A stretch of DNA of 64,000 nt from Rhina ancylostomus (taxonomy: Eukaryota). Location: NCBI GenBank assembly GCA_030265395.1, contig JARFYF010000001.1, positions 24,455,507-24,519,506 of the forward strand, written 5' to 3'. The notes beneath the pieces are model-generated. The model had not been told where the DNA came from. It saw only the letters and a list, made by a program, of their open reading frames with translations, and searched no databases. Below, piece after piece: positions 51,611-64,000 of this stretch. A program made the position numbers and the translations under genes. Numbering within the stretch: the stretch's first letter is position 1; each line of letters opens with the position of its first letter.

Positions 51611-52497
51611 CTTATCTAACACAGATGATAGACTTAAAAAGATGCGAAAAGAACACTTTTTTTTTCAATCCGCATTTCTTGATGTGTGCACAGATGACAC
51701 GGCGTCCTGTTATGGAAAATTGCAACATGCAACATTTTCTAGAAACGCAACCCACTGCATTAATGAACAGAAAGCTGGCATAGAGAGGAGGCCCAATAAA
51801 CTCCCTTTTTGCCATACTCCATAAAGATGGCCCAGACCATAATTACTGCTTAGCACAATCCTAGTCACTTAAATTAGTTTATTCTTCATATTTCAACATT
51901 ACCTCATTCACGTGCTCTGAAAATATGTAAATAATTAACTCATCATTGTGCATTTGTTTCATGCTTTGACTGTGAGATCTCTTCCCTGAATGTTGTTACT
52001 TTGTCACTGGTTACAAATTCTACCCAAAAGGAATTTTTTGGGGGGAAAAATTGATGCTAGAGTTGAAAGTTAGTATACTGAATTTTGCAGCAAAATATTG
52101 CAGATTTAGAAATTTGATATGAAAGGTGAAAATTCTAAAAACATTCACTGGATCAGGTACTAGCATTAAACATGTAAGGTGGAGTTAAAAGTTCAGTCCT
52201 TACAATTTTTCAGCAAGAATAGAACAAGAATGGGTTATTCAGCATCATCCCACCTTACTCCATCTCACACTCTCAACCTATTCTAATCCTTTCTTCTTGA
52301 TGTCCCTCTTCAACTATTCCATGAAGTGGAATGTTCTAAGTTGTAACCATTCACTGAGTAAAGTTGCCTTTCAGAGAGTCAATTGATGTAGCACAATAGA
52401 AGGTTCTTGCTGAAGTGCTGAATGTTTCCAAGAGTTTCTGTTTTTACATTTGAAACTGAGATCTATAACAGAATTTTAAATATCTATTTTTGCTCAG

Positions 52498-52703
52498 ATA
52501 TTTATATTGGACCGATCATGGTGAAAATCCACATATTGGCCGTGCAGGAATGGATGGAACTAATCAAAGCATTGTCATAAGCACTAAAATCTTAAAGCCA
52601 AGTGGTCTGTGTCTGGATTATGTGAATAACAGGCTGTATTGGGCTGATGATCAGCAAGGTTACATAGAGTTTGCTGACCTGGATGGATCCAATAGACATA
52701 GAG
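52498..52703 (+). CDS. LRP1B: LRP1B exon I (206 nt, phase 2-1), YWTD blades
   Basis: gctcag|ATATTT...AGAG|gtaggt; [68 protein letters not shown]. Confidence 0.95.
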
Positions 52704-52779
52704 GTAGGTAAGGCTATTTTTTTTCCCATTTTGAACTATCTATTTTGTTATGTAAACTTGGAGAAATATTGAGTCATTA

Positions 52780-53690
52780 ATCAGCAATACAGCATGCATA
52801 CAGGCCCTTCAGCCCAACGAGTCCATGACAACCACGTTGTCCACCTAGCTAGTCCCAATTTCTTGTGTTTGGCCCATATCCCTGCAGGCCACACCCTGTA
52901 CCTATCCAAGTGCTTCTTTAATGATACTATTGTACCTGCCTCAACCACTTCCTCTGGCAGCTCGTTCCACACACTCACCACCCACTGCATGAAAACATTT
53001 CCCCTCAGGTCCCTTTTAAATCTTTCCCCTCTCACCAAAACCTTTACCCACTAGTTTTGGACTCTCCTACCCTGGGTAAAAGTGCTACCATCCACCTTGT
53101 CTATGCCCTTATGATTTTATAAACCTCCATAAGGTTTATAAAATCACCCCTCATTCTCCTTCATTACAAGGAATAAAGAGCTAGCCTGTCCAACCTCTCC
53201 CTATAACTCAGGCCCTCTAGTCCTGGTAACATCTTTGTAAGTCTTTTCTGTACTCCTTCCGGTTTAAGTATGCCTTTCCTATAATAGGGTGACCAAAACT
53301 GTACACAGTACTCCAAGTGTGGCCTCACCAATGACTTATAAAACTGCAACAAAATGTCCCAACTCCTACAGTATACTCAATGTCCTGACTTATGAAGGCC
53401 AGCGTGCTAAATGCCTTTTTCAACATCCTGTCTACTTGTGATGCTGCTTTCAACAAACTATGCACTTGTACTCCTAAGTCCTCTGTTCCATTGCATGCCC
53501 TACCATCCATAGTACAAGTCCTATGCTGGTTTGACTTTCCAAACTGCATCACCTCACATTTATCTGTATTGAAATCCATTTGCCACTCCTCTGCCCACTT
53601 CCCTAACTGATCAAGGTCCCCCTGTAATCTATGATAACCTTTTTCACTATCAACAATACCTCCTAATTTTGTGTCATCTGCAAAGTTATT
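52780..53690 (-). mobile_element. CR1 LINE 3' fragment
   Basis: MDFNTDKCEVMQFGK; LVRPHLEYCVQFWSPY; RGERFKRDLRGNVF..WNELPEEVVEAGT. Confidence 0.93.
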
Positions 53691-53799
53691 CTTGATCCTC
53701 TAATGTAAAAGAAACTAATTTCTACACTCATGTTGCTTAAAATATAATTTCAAGTGTTACAAATGTTGCACCCATAGCTGGATTAAGAAAATACAAACA

Positions 53800-54420
53800 C
53801 ACAAATTAGGAACCACTTGATAATGCACTGCCATGTAATATGTTCATAGCTGCTATGATTGTAACCTCAACTCCACATTTCTGTCTACCAGCAGTAACTT
53901 TTCATTGCCTTGATTATCAAGTATCTAACTGGAAATATTCAGAAACTCTGCTTCCACCACCCTTCCACCATTCCAAAGTGCCACAACAGAGAGAAAAAAT
54001 TCCCTTATCTTTGTCATAAATGAATGACTCCTCAACAAATGACACTTCACTTTAGATTCTCCCACAAGAGGAAACATCCTCTCTACATCCACCCTGTCAA
54101 GACTCCTCAGGATTTTATGCTTCAATCAAGCCTCCTTTCATGCTTCTGAACCCTAGCGGGTGTATGCTAGGCCAATTGAACTTTTGCTCACAAGTCAGTG
54201 CAGTTTTTACCCTCTTTGTTCTACTTCCAAATCATTAGCACCTTTCCTTAAATAAGCAGACCAATACTATATACAACACCCCAGCTCCAGATGTGGTCTC
54301 GACAATACCCTACATATTTCAACAAAACCTCCCTACTTTTCCACTCAGTTCCCCTAGGAATAAATAAAAACTTTCACAATTACTTGCTGTACTTGCACAC
54401 GAGCCTTCTGTGAATGCTTT
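53800..54420 (-). mobile_element. CR1 LINE 3' fragment, older
   Basis: KILRSLDRVDVERMFPLVGESK. Confidence 0.8.
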
Positions 54421-55503
54421 TAGCCTTGAGCATCAAGAAAGTGCAAGGCCTCTCTACTCACTCCGAATATCTTCTACCCTAGTAATCAACTAAATTATCA
54501 ACCAAAATTAGAGTGCATGAAATTATTGGTTTGTGGAATATTTACACATTAAATGAGTTACAAAGCAAATTGGCTTACAATAACTTGAGTTGACCAGAAA
54601 CGACCACGTATTTGAATGGAGTTTCTCTGTGTGTAACCTATGCATTATATTAGTTCGCACTGCTCATGGAATCGTCCCCTACCACAGCTCCAGCATTCAC
54701 TACATCCAAGACAATTGGATTTTAGGATTGAGCAGAACAGAAACAGAAGGATGATGATGATACATTGAAGATGTCTTTTTAAAGAATATGGTGGAATATA
54801 GGTCTCAATTCCAAGCATTCTTTGCTGCAGTATGCAGGTTTATTTATTTTAATATGTGATACAAAAATACCATGTAATCATTAAAGTGCATCAAGGGCTT
54901 CTCTGCACCACTGTAAACTCTCAGTACACTGATAACAGGCATTTAATGCTGAATAAGACCCAGAAACTTCAAGGATTAATTGCACAGGCCTATCATTTTA
55001 TTAACTTTGAGCACACATGCCCGTCTCTTCAATAGGCTGAGTGCTCTCACAGACACCAAATAAAACAACACCTGGCAGCCTGCATCTCGCATCTTTAACT
55101 AACTCTGCTGACGTCAGTGGCTCTCTGGTAAGGAGTGCAGCCAGCAGGCGTGCTCAGCAGCAGTGAGCAATACATGCGCTTTGCCAGTAGCTGTAAGCAG
55201 TGGCAGGGATAACAGAAGCTCTTACATCTGTGCACCAGATCATCTCCAGTCACCCATCAGAAACCCTTCCAGTTGCCAAAGAGCAGCTGTTACAACCATC
55301 CACTCTCTGAATCTCAAGCAACGTGCTCACAGAGCCAAAAAAAAAGAAGAGGAACATTGCAAGCAGCAACACAGGATTCTCTATTTAAAAAGAGCAAATA
55401 CCANNNNNNNNNNNNNNNNNNNNNNNNNNNNNNNNNNNNNNNNNNNNNNNNNNNNNNNNNNNNNNNNNNNNNNNNNNNNNNNNNNNNNNNNNNNNNNNNN
55501 NNN

Positions 55504-56168
55504 ATAATAAGAAAAGTAAAAGTAAAAATGTTAGAATGTTAGAAGTAAAAGTGTTAGATCTTAAACATTAACCCCAAAAAATAAACTCAAAGTGTGTGTG
55601 TGTGTGTGTGTGTGTGACAAACTCCCAAACTCCAAGTCCAGGAATAACTCTCAAAGTTCAGTTCAGCAAGCCATAAGGTGAAACATGAGGAGGTTCTTCA
55701 ACAACCACCGTTGACTGAAGACAAAACATAGAGAGAAAATAGAAAGTAATTATGAAATCCAAATGTTCCACTTTGGAACCCAAATGACATCTCAGTGTCT
55801 ACTCAGCAGTGACTACTCTACCACATCTGCCACCCCGAAAGGCACTCAAATTATGTCCATCCACAAAAATACCTGTTTCCTTCTACAGGTTAATGACAAA
55901 CTGAACTCCACTGCTTTGTACCAAAAATCCATACGTGGATTGTAGTGACAGACACCGTCATTGTTTTTCATCCATTGATAGAGACTGGCAGGCTGCTCTC
56001 TCCCTCTCCCCCTCTCTCCCTCTCCCTCCCTCTCCCTCCCCTCTGACTGACTCCAACTGTCTTCTCCAAAAACATCCTTATTTTCTGTTGTCATCATCAC
56101 GCCACACACACGCACTACTGTGCTAGGTCTTAAAAGGACATTCACCAGAAGTAACCTAGTCTGTAACA
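55504..56168 (-). mobile_element. Second copy of the LTR family seen at 43891-44646; left end lost in N gap; contains a (GT)n tract at 55592-55616
   Basis: Shares aaagttcagttcagcaagccataaggtgaaacatgag and aaaatacctgtttccttctacagg; ends in GTAACA at 56168. Confidence 0.78.
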
Positions 56169-58617
56169 ATAATAATAGTTATTATAAATAATTATTCATG
56201 GTATATAATAATAATTATAATTTAGCATTATCTGAAATGCTGATATAGACACCATCTACGAATAGGCATCTTAATAGATTGATTACAGTGGAAAAGACTC
56301 AAATATGTTTTTATTTTCAAGTGAAACTGTCTGATGAATTTTGCAAATCATCATAAGTAACTCAGCACTGTGGAAGAAATTAAAACATATTCAGCCATTT
56401 CAAATTTAGTAGATTGCTCATTTGATATATGTCACTCGTTTAACATGTGGGAGGAGAACTGTTGGAGTTTCCTTCTGCAGTTTTTGATTCTTGAGGAAGA
56501 TCTTCTATGAAAGTCCATCACTGGAAGATAAGCCATGTTCAGTAATGCCCCTTGAACCTTTCATACCAATTTCTGATCTCAGAGCAGTACAAAGTAGTAG
56601 TAGTAGTGAGATAGAGCTCTGGGTGAAGTTTACTGAGAAGTGTCAGACCAGAGTTTCGTAATGGAAGATTTTTCATTTGCAGTTAAGTTTAATAGTTTTT
56701 TGCTGAATTTCAGGAAATAATATCAATAAAAACAGATTTAGAATGAGTTCCTGTATTCAGTTTTGATTCTGCATTTTAAAAATTATCAGTTTCAAAGAAA
56801 AAGTCAGTTGAGATGACTTGCGATTTTTTTTTGTCCTCATTTCACGGGGAAAAGCTCATTGAGCCCTTGTTGCCCCTGTCAAGATTGGAGATTTACCAGA
56901 TTGTAGATTGCAGGAGCAAACCCATTTTCTATCACTTTTGAGTGTAATGTGTTGAATAGAACAATTTACTGGGTTATGTATGGTTGCCATTTAAAAATGC
57001 CATTGGTATTTTAAAATTGAATCTTCTGGTTTGTAGTGCAGATTTTAAAAATGTCCTGAAGATGTNNNNNNNNNNNNNNNNNNNNNNNNNNNNAGTTCTA
57101 CTGAAGAGATATAAGGGATTATAGTCCTAAAGATTAGTTGATCATCTCTTTGAAGATGACCATGAGTGTATTGCATTTTTGCAGCATTTTAAGACTTCTG
57201 TTATTTGGAATTTGTCATTATTTATTTGTGATGAGTAACAGCATGTTATCACTTTTGTAAAATATAGGCACAGAAAAATGCAGAATGCACCACATTTTGC
57301 AGGAATTCACATTGGAAAATCATCAAAATCAGTGTAAAATATATTCTGTATTGTAAAGCTGTCTGCTATGCTTAGTATTTATAGATTTGGGACAGGTAGG
57401 TACTTATAGGGAATCAAATTGTCAGATTTCAAGAAGTGCTCAGGGCTTGCTTTCTTGATATTGCAAGGTGGAACTAAAATTTATCCAAGGTTAATGATTG
57501 ATGGTTGCAAGATGTTACATTGAAAATAAGATGGCTATGTGAATTTTGGATCCTCATCAAGGGGATTTTCAAGATTTTGACCAGAGGTTCTTAAACTGAT
57601 AGAAGGATTTAGATTTTTAACTGTATGGCCAAATTTTTGTCAGTTATCAGCAATTACATGACCTCCAGTGCATCATAGGCTTAACATTTGATATTTTTGT
57701 TAATTTCTTTTGTTAATCAGAAGTCATTCATAAAAGGACATCAACATTAGGTTAATAATGATAATATGAGCTTATTCAAATGAAGTCCAGAGAGTGAAGG
57801 AAAGTAAATGCAAAATAATTCTCGTTCAATATTATTCCCCCAGTTGTCATTAATGGAGTGAAGTACACGCAGCAGTTTTTGCTTAGATCCCCTGATAGAT
57901 TAATGTTAAGTGCAACATTTGTGTGGCATTGAACCCTACTTAATGGAAGACCTTCAGCTTCTGTTTCAAATCTATGCTGAGTTAGATGAATTCAGTCAGA
58001 CTACTTTAACAGGTCTCCGCGTCCTTCCACAAATAAACGGGAGTTCTGCCAGATTGTGCTGAGATTTCTTGTTAATGTATGTCTGTACGAGATTGAGTGT
58101 GGGTGGAATTGGGTTTGGCCCTGATGGTTAATGGTTTCTTTTGAATTTGAATTTCTATTTGGTTAAGTGACTGTCAATAGTGTGCAACTGCATCCAAGTA
58201 AAACAGTGTTCTTAAGAGAGAGGGAAACATGGACAAATTTGATTTCGATCGAGTGCACTCTGTATATCAAACCTGTCTATTTTGTTTTGTTGTAACTTGA
58301 GTGTTTTGGCGGATATAATAGGATTTCAGTTCAAAGTATATGATTTTTAAATGATTTTGTTATTTCTTTTTGAAGAATCCCAAAATCACCTCTTGCCATC
58401 ACCTGTTGGACCAAATAAAACCTCAAGCTACAAGAGTTTGTGCTCTGTTCAATATTCTTGAAGTAATTAAGGGAAACCTTGGGGAACCTGCATGTTGCCA
58501 TAGCAGTTATTCATAAGAAATTATATATAAGCTGATTCCGATGGCTTATACAATATGGAATGCTGTATCTGGTGATCTCCCAATGTAGTACATTAATATA
58601 ACCATATCCTATTGCAG

Positions 58618-58806
58618 TTCATAATCAAGATATCCCACATGTATTAGCATTGACATTATTCGAAGACTACATCTACTGGACAGATTGGAAAACTAAGTCG
58701 GTCAACCGTGCTCACAAAACCACAGGCTTGAACAAGATTCCGCTAATCAGCTCTTGGCATCAGATAATGGATATCCATGTGTATCATCCTCACAGACAAC
58801 CAGATG
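58618..58806 (+). CDS. LRP1B: LRP1B exon J (189 nt, phase 1-1), end of beta-propeller
   Basis: ttgcag|TTCAT...GATG|gtaatt; [63 protein letters not shown]; not in ORF track. Confidence 0.95.
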
Positions 58807-59599
58807 GTAATTGCTCATGACATGCTATATGTTTTCAAGTTGCTGTTTAAGTCATTCATTTCATTGAATAATTTGTATAATTATGATTAGGAAATTATTT
58901 TAATTAGAAACAATAAAATTGTAAGCAGGCAATATTATCATTGAGGAAAAAAGATGAGTATAATGTTGTAATATTTCAAAACTGTATATTTTGAACTATA
59001 AGCATTCAACAAACTCAGCACATCGACCCCACAAAGTGTCTCCAGTCAGCTAATCATAATTTAATTAACCTACAGGGAGTACATCACTTGCAATGCCCCT
59101 AATCCCACTGAATGACCAGGATCTTTGTGGAGTGCCATAGCATGACATTATCCAGGTTTAAAATCAAGTACTTAGTTTTTACTAACTTCACTTGAATTTT
59201 AGAACAATGCCTTGAGAGTTCACATTTAATAAACTGTGTGATGTGTGCACTTGGCATTCGCCTACGCTTGACAACAGCAACCTTTATCCAGTGACTCACT
59301 TGCTCTTGCTATTTCAGGATTTCATACGATGTTTGACATTCACTTACAAAACACAGACAAAATTGCAAGCTTTGAAAGAGTCATGAGTTGTAGATGTTGA
59401 GCCATCCTGTCCTTATAAATCACTGTTTCTAACTGTTCATCAGAAGTTAATATGTTCCTAAATGTATAGTATAAAAATCTCTGGTATTTGTAAGAAATTC
59501 CATGGAAACATTTTTTTTATAGTTTTGAATGAGATTAGAGAAAGTAAAGTATGAAATATAGGAGAAAATCTGTAGGCAAAGGTAAAAAATATTAAGAGT

Positions 59600-60780
59600 A
59601 ATAGGATGAGACTTCATTTACTTGAATATGGAAGTAGAGTAGGGAGAAAAAGTCTGCAAAAGGCAAGAAGAATGAAGGATTTATAAGATGTGCACAGGAT
59701 AATTTCATTCTGTTTTGGAACAAATAGGGTTTGTTTCAGTGAATGTTCTCCTGTGCAGAAAGCAGAGAGTTGTGCTGCTGAGTGTTTTCTGATCCAAGAG
59801 CAATATCTGATGGAATCTTCCGGGTGACTGGTTCCAGGACCATTGTTTTTTTCTTGTGGCATTGGGGAAGGGTTTGCAAGTTTTGTTGATGATATAAAAT
59901 ATGGCCCAATGGTAAATTGTCAGGAGTATTGAAGCAGGCTTCAGGACTTAGACATGAAGCAAAGTGATTCACTTTGGGATTCAGCATAATGCAAATGGTT
60001 TTATTTTCTTGGGGTTGTTAGTGAAAAAGGTCTGATATTAAGAACTATTTGAAAGTATCTAAGGAGAGGTATTTTTTCAGGCTCTTTGAGAACTTCAAGT
60101 ATTTTTTTCTTATGGTAGCAGTACAGTTTCTACCAATGGTTTCAGGTCAAGTTGTTTGAGGTAACACAGTGGATTAAGCAGTAGTCAGTCAAGCAGCGTT
60201 TGATACCTGCCATGACCCAGGTGACATGGAGACTCTTGCAGCTTCTTGCTCAGATGATGATATAATGTAATCAGAGCTAGTGTCTGGACTGGAGTACTAG
60301 TGCATGTCGATTTGGCAAAACAAGGTGTTGAATATGTGCTCCAAACATCTTGTCAGGAGGAGAAATGTGTTGGAGCCAGCTTTTCCAAACCCCTTCTAGC
60401 CGATCACATCCTGGCAGAGGATTGTATTGCTTCCAAACTTGCCACTGAAGTCTTCCAAGAGGATTGATTAACTCCTTCTTGGATGTGGGTCAGGATTTTT
60501 TTAAAGGATGAAATAGAGGTTCTCCTTGGTCACATCTGCATCTTCCAGGATTGAGGCATATTTGCTGATGGTCATGGTACGTTGGTTTCACAGTAGAATG
60601 AGCTGACTGGTCATGAGACAATCATTCATTACACATGGGAATTTGCTAAGGTTCCATTGTAGTTCATTCTTAATGACATAGCTCACACCATGAAAATGCT
60701 CATTCCTCCTCCAGTTTGTCCTTCAAGAAGAAGGTACACCCTACTATGATTTTCTTTGTGCTGGCCAACTTCTGACTGCC
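59600..60780 (-). mobile_element. Old RTE-clade LINE endonuclease remnant
   Basis: Minus strand gives ILLEDFSGKFGS (ILLGDFNARVG-like) and GFGKAGSNTFLLLTRCLEH..FNTLFCQ, as in RTE APE domains. Confidence 0.6.
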
Positions 60781-60781
60781 A

Positions 60782-61725
60782 TAGAGTTAGTCATAGTCTC
60801 AGAGTTAAACAGAATGAAAACTATTTTTTCAGCCCAAGTCGTCGATGTTGAGCAAGGTGCTTCCAGAGCTAGTCCCATTTGCCTGTGTTTGGCCCATATC
60901 CTTCCTATTCATGGACCTGTCCAAATGTCTTGCAAAAATAATTTTACCTGCCTTTGCCACTTCCTCTGGCAGCTTGTTCCATATACCCACCACCCTCTGT
61001 GTGAAAAGCTTCCCCTTCAAGTCCCCTTTAAAGCATTCCTCTCTCATCTTAATCCTGTAGCCTTTAGTTTTTAAACTTCCCTACCCTTGGGAACAGACTG
61101 TGACCATCCACGTTATCCATGCCCCTCATAATTTTATAAATGTCTATAAGGTCACCCCTTAGCCTCCTTCACTCCAGGGAAAACAGTCTAAACCTACCCA
61201 GTTTCTCAATGTAACTCAAGCTATCCAGTTCTGGTAAAATCTTGTGAATCTTTTCTGCACCCTTTCTCGCTTAATCATATTATTCCTTTAACATGGTGAC
61301 CAGAACTACATACAAGCTCCAGCTGCATTCTCACTAGTGTCTTGCACAGCCGATACATGACATCCCAACACACACATTCAATACTCAGACTGTTGAAGGC
61401 AAGCGTGCCGCCCTGTCTAGGTCTGTCATCTTTTCGGGATGCAGGACTGCATCCTGTACCCCTCAGTGTCTCAATTCTACAACACTGCCCGGGGCCATTC
61501 ACTGTGTATATTCTGCCCTGGTTTAAATTTCCAAAATGTAGCACTTCACACTTGTCTTGTTAAATTCCATCTGCCATTCCCTTGCTCACTTTCCCATTTG
61601 ATCTCAATCCTGTTGTAAACTTAGACACCCTCTTTGCTGTCCACAATTTTGGTGTCATTTAGGAACTCACTAATCACGCCACCTACACTCTTATCCAAAT
61701 TGTTAATACAAATGACAAACAAACA
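60782..61725 (-). mobile_element. CR1 LINE 3' fragment
   Basis: FKGDLKGKLFTQRVVGIWNKLPEEVAKAG; LHFGNLNQGRIYTVNG. Confidence 0.9.
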
Positions 61726-61899
61726 ATATCTGCCATGTCTCGCTCAAGGTAGCAATATCACTGTCAAAGCCTTGGTGTTCCCAAGTGATAGTCAGGTCTT
61801 TTGCTGCTGGGACTGTCTGTGAAGATCCTAGTGTTCCAGGTCTCAGCCTTGCCTGTATATGACTTCATTTATAGTGGGAAAACTGTTCCACACAAGGTA

Positions 61900-63250
61900 T
61901 CGATTGTACTTGACAGAGCCACTCTAAGAAAAGATGTTTTGGCCTTGGAAAAGGTTCGCACAATGTTTTACCAAATGATATATAAAAGATTTCTGTTGCG
62001 TGAAGAAATCAGAGAAGCTATGCTGTTCTCATTTGAGGCCTTGTTCAGACTCTGCCAAGAATATTGTGTATAGGTCTGGTCTAACTATCTAGGGAATGAT
62101 ATACTTACAATAGGAGTACAGCGAAGGTTCACCAGTTTGATCTTAAAGGAAAACCTAATTATGTTATTCAAAATAACTAGATGTTTTAAAAGAGCAAATA
62201 GGAGAAATTATTTCTTCTGGCCAGAGGGTTGATAACCAGAGGTTACAGATTTAAATAATTGGCACATAAATAAAAAGTGAAATGAGGTTTTTTTTTTCTC
62301 CACACAATGGTATATGATGATTTAGACCTGAAAGACAAATGGAAACAAACTTCAGAGAAGCAATTAAATTTCTACTCAAAGAAGATTAATTGCTTATGAA
62401 GTGGAAAATCTGGAATGTGGCTCTAAATTGGATAGCTTGTTCCAAGGACCAACAAAAGCATATGTAACTGAGAGACATCTTTCTGCACTGTAATGTTTTG
62501 TGACTATGTATTTGACATCATTGTAATGGGAGTGTTCTTTTCATTGTGGTACCAGAAGTATTTTCTTGTCCCTCTCATAAAAGGGTTGAATCAGTAGAAA
62601 ATAGAAAAATGATAATTTTTTTAAGTTGACATATTGAATGCTGTTGGTGTTCATACATGAATCTCTGAACGTTAACATGAAATTTCACAAGCAATTAAGA
62701 AAGGCAAATGGTATTTTGACCATTATTGCAAGATCATTTCATTACATAAGTGGAGATGTCTCGATCCAATTAAAAGGGGCCCTATTAAGACCGTATCTAG
62801 AATACTGTGGGCATAGGCCTGGTCTCATTACATAAGGAAGGATATATTTGTGATAAGAGTGAAGTAAAGGTTCACCAGTTTGATTCCTGGCATGGTAAGT
62901 TGACTCTATAAAGAAAAATTATGCAGACTGGGCCTATACTCTCATGAATTTCAAAGGAGAGCTGATCTCATTGAAATGTAGAATATTCTGACAGGACTTG
63001 TCAAGGAAGATTCTGGGATAGTGTTTCTCCAGGTGGGGGTTTCTAGAACCAGGAATCATAGTCTCAGAACAAGAGGTCAGCCATTCAGAACTGAAATGGG
63101 AAGAGACTTCTTCACTTAGAGGATGGTGAGTCTTCAGAATTGTCTGGGCAAGATAGCTGTGGAGGCCTGGTAGTTGGGCACATTCAAGGCAGTGATTGAT
63201 AGATTGTTATCTATCAAAGACTATAAGGTTAATGCAGGAAAGTAATGATG
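61900..63250 (+). mobile_element. Cluster of decayed sense-strand CR1 fragments
   Basis: LRKDVLALEKV; RKANGILTIIAR..LLRPYLEYC; tctagaaccaggaatcatagtctcagaacaagagg. Confidence 0.75.
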
Positions 63251-63577
63251 AGAAATAAATTCCTGTACCTTTTCCTATGAAAAACTCCTCACTATGACTT
63301 CACATGTTTGGTGGTGAGCATTGTTTTTGTTACTAGCTAGTAATCTACAGCTGCCAAAACCTCTATTCCCACCTGCCCTGCGGTCAATAGATGCTTTTGC
63401 CCTTCTTTCAGGGTCCCATCAGACTAGCACCTTGCAAAAAGGTCTGAAAACTACCCAAGCCTTCAGTACAGACTTGACAATGCCTTTTGTGCCAACTCCA
63501 GTCAAGCATAAGGGTTAAAATTCTTGAGGTTTATAAAAGCTTTAAGTAGTGTTACTTTTCCTAATCATGGATTTGTG

Positions 63578-64000
63578 GAGTTATACATCACAGAAGCAAG
63601 CCCTTTGGCCCAACTTGTCCATGCTGACCAAGATGCCCATATAAGCTAATCCCTGTGCTGGGCCCATATCCCTCTAAACTTTTCCTATCCACATACCTGG
63701 CCAAATGTTTTTATTAAATGTTGTAATTTTACCTGCCTCTCCCACCTTCTCTGGCAACTCGTTTCATATACCCACCACCTCTGTATGAAAAACTTGCCCC
63801 TCAGATCACCTTCAAATCTTTCCCACTCACCTTAAACCTATGCCCTCGAGTTCAAGACTCCTCTGCCTTGGGAAAAGAAACTGTGACTATCTACCCTATC
63901 TACCCTCATGATTTTATCATCCTCTTTAGCTTCCTTCACTCCAGGGAAAACAGTCCCAGCCTATCCAATCACAACTGAAGGCCTTCAGTCCAGGTAACAT
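63578..64000 (-). mobile_element. CR1 LINE 3' end, continuing past the window edge
   Basis: Same family as 50255 and 60782 copies (gccctttggcccaac..tccatgctgaccaagatg). Confidence 0.88.

Noticed and set aside
43891-56168. The two LTR copies as ends of one 12-kb provirus
   Set aside because: The first copy has its own TSD on both sides, the copies differ structurally, and the interval holds host exons rather than gag-pol.
4353-58806. Calling the gene LRP1, LRP2 or a pseudogene
   Set aside because: Diagnostic LDL-A/EGF residues, the 188-nt exon D and large introns favour LRP1B; all ten exons are in phase with no stops.
1-64000. A prokaryote-style novel system (defence, retron, RT-associated array)
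   Set aside because: All reverse transcriptase and nuclease remnants belong to known eukaryotic retrotransposon clades and are disrupted; no operon structure.

Overview
Eukaryotic, AT-rich vertebrate DNA, most likely a cartilaginous fish (shark or ray, inferred from the CR1/V-SINE/Penelope repeat content), from a gappy assembly. The window lies inside one very large + strand gene, LRP1B (LDL receptor-related protein 1B). Ten coding exons (1554 nt, about 518 codons) splice GT-AG in consistent phase without stops. They encode the last four LDL-A repeats of a ligand-binding cluster, two EGF repeats and one complete YWTD beta-propeller, which by recalled exon sizes corresponds to about human exons 52-61. 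The introns are filled with decayed CR1, Rex1, RTE and Penelope fragments, SINEs and two related LTR copies. I found no convincing new biological system. The best leads are: (1) LRP1-like indels and residues in the propeller of an otherwise LRP1B-like protein; (2) a GC-rich satellite block carrying a textbook 36-nt antisense exon that seems foreign to the locus; (3) decayed Penelope hammerhead motifs; (4) inverted CR1 copies bracketing one exon; (5) a tandem splice donor that would give an immediate stop. Exon coordinates were checked base by base. Repeat boundaries are approximate, and comparisons with human proteins are from memory.
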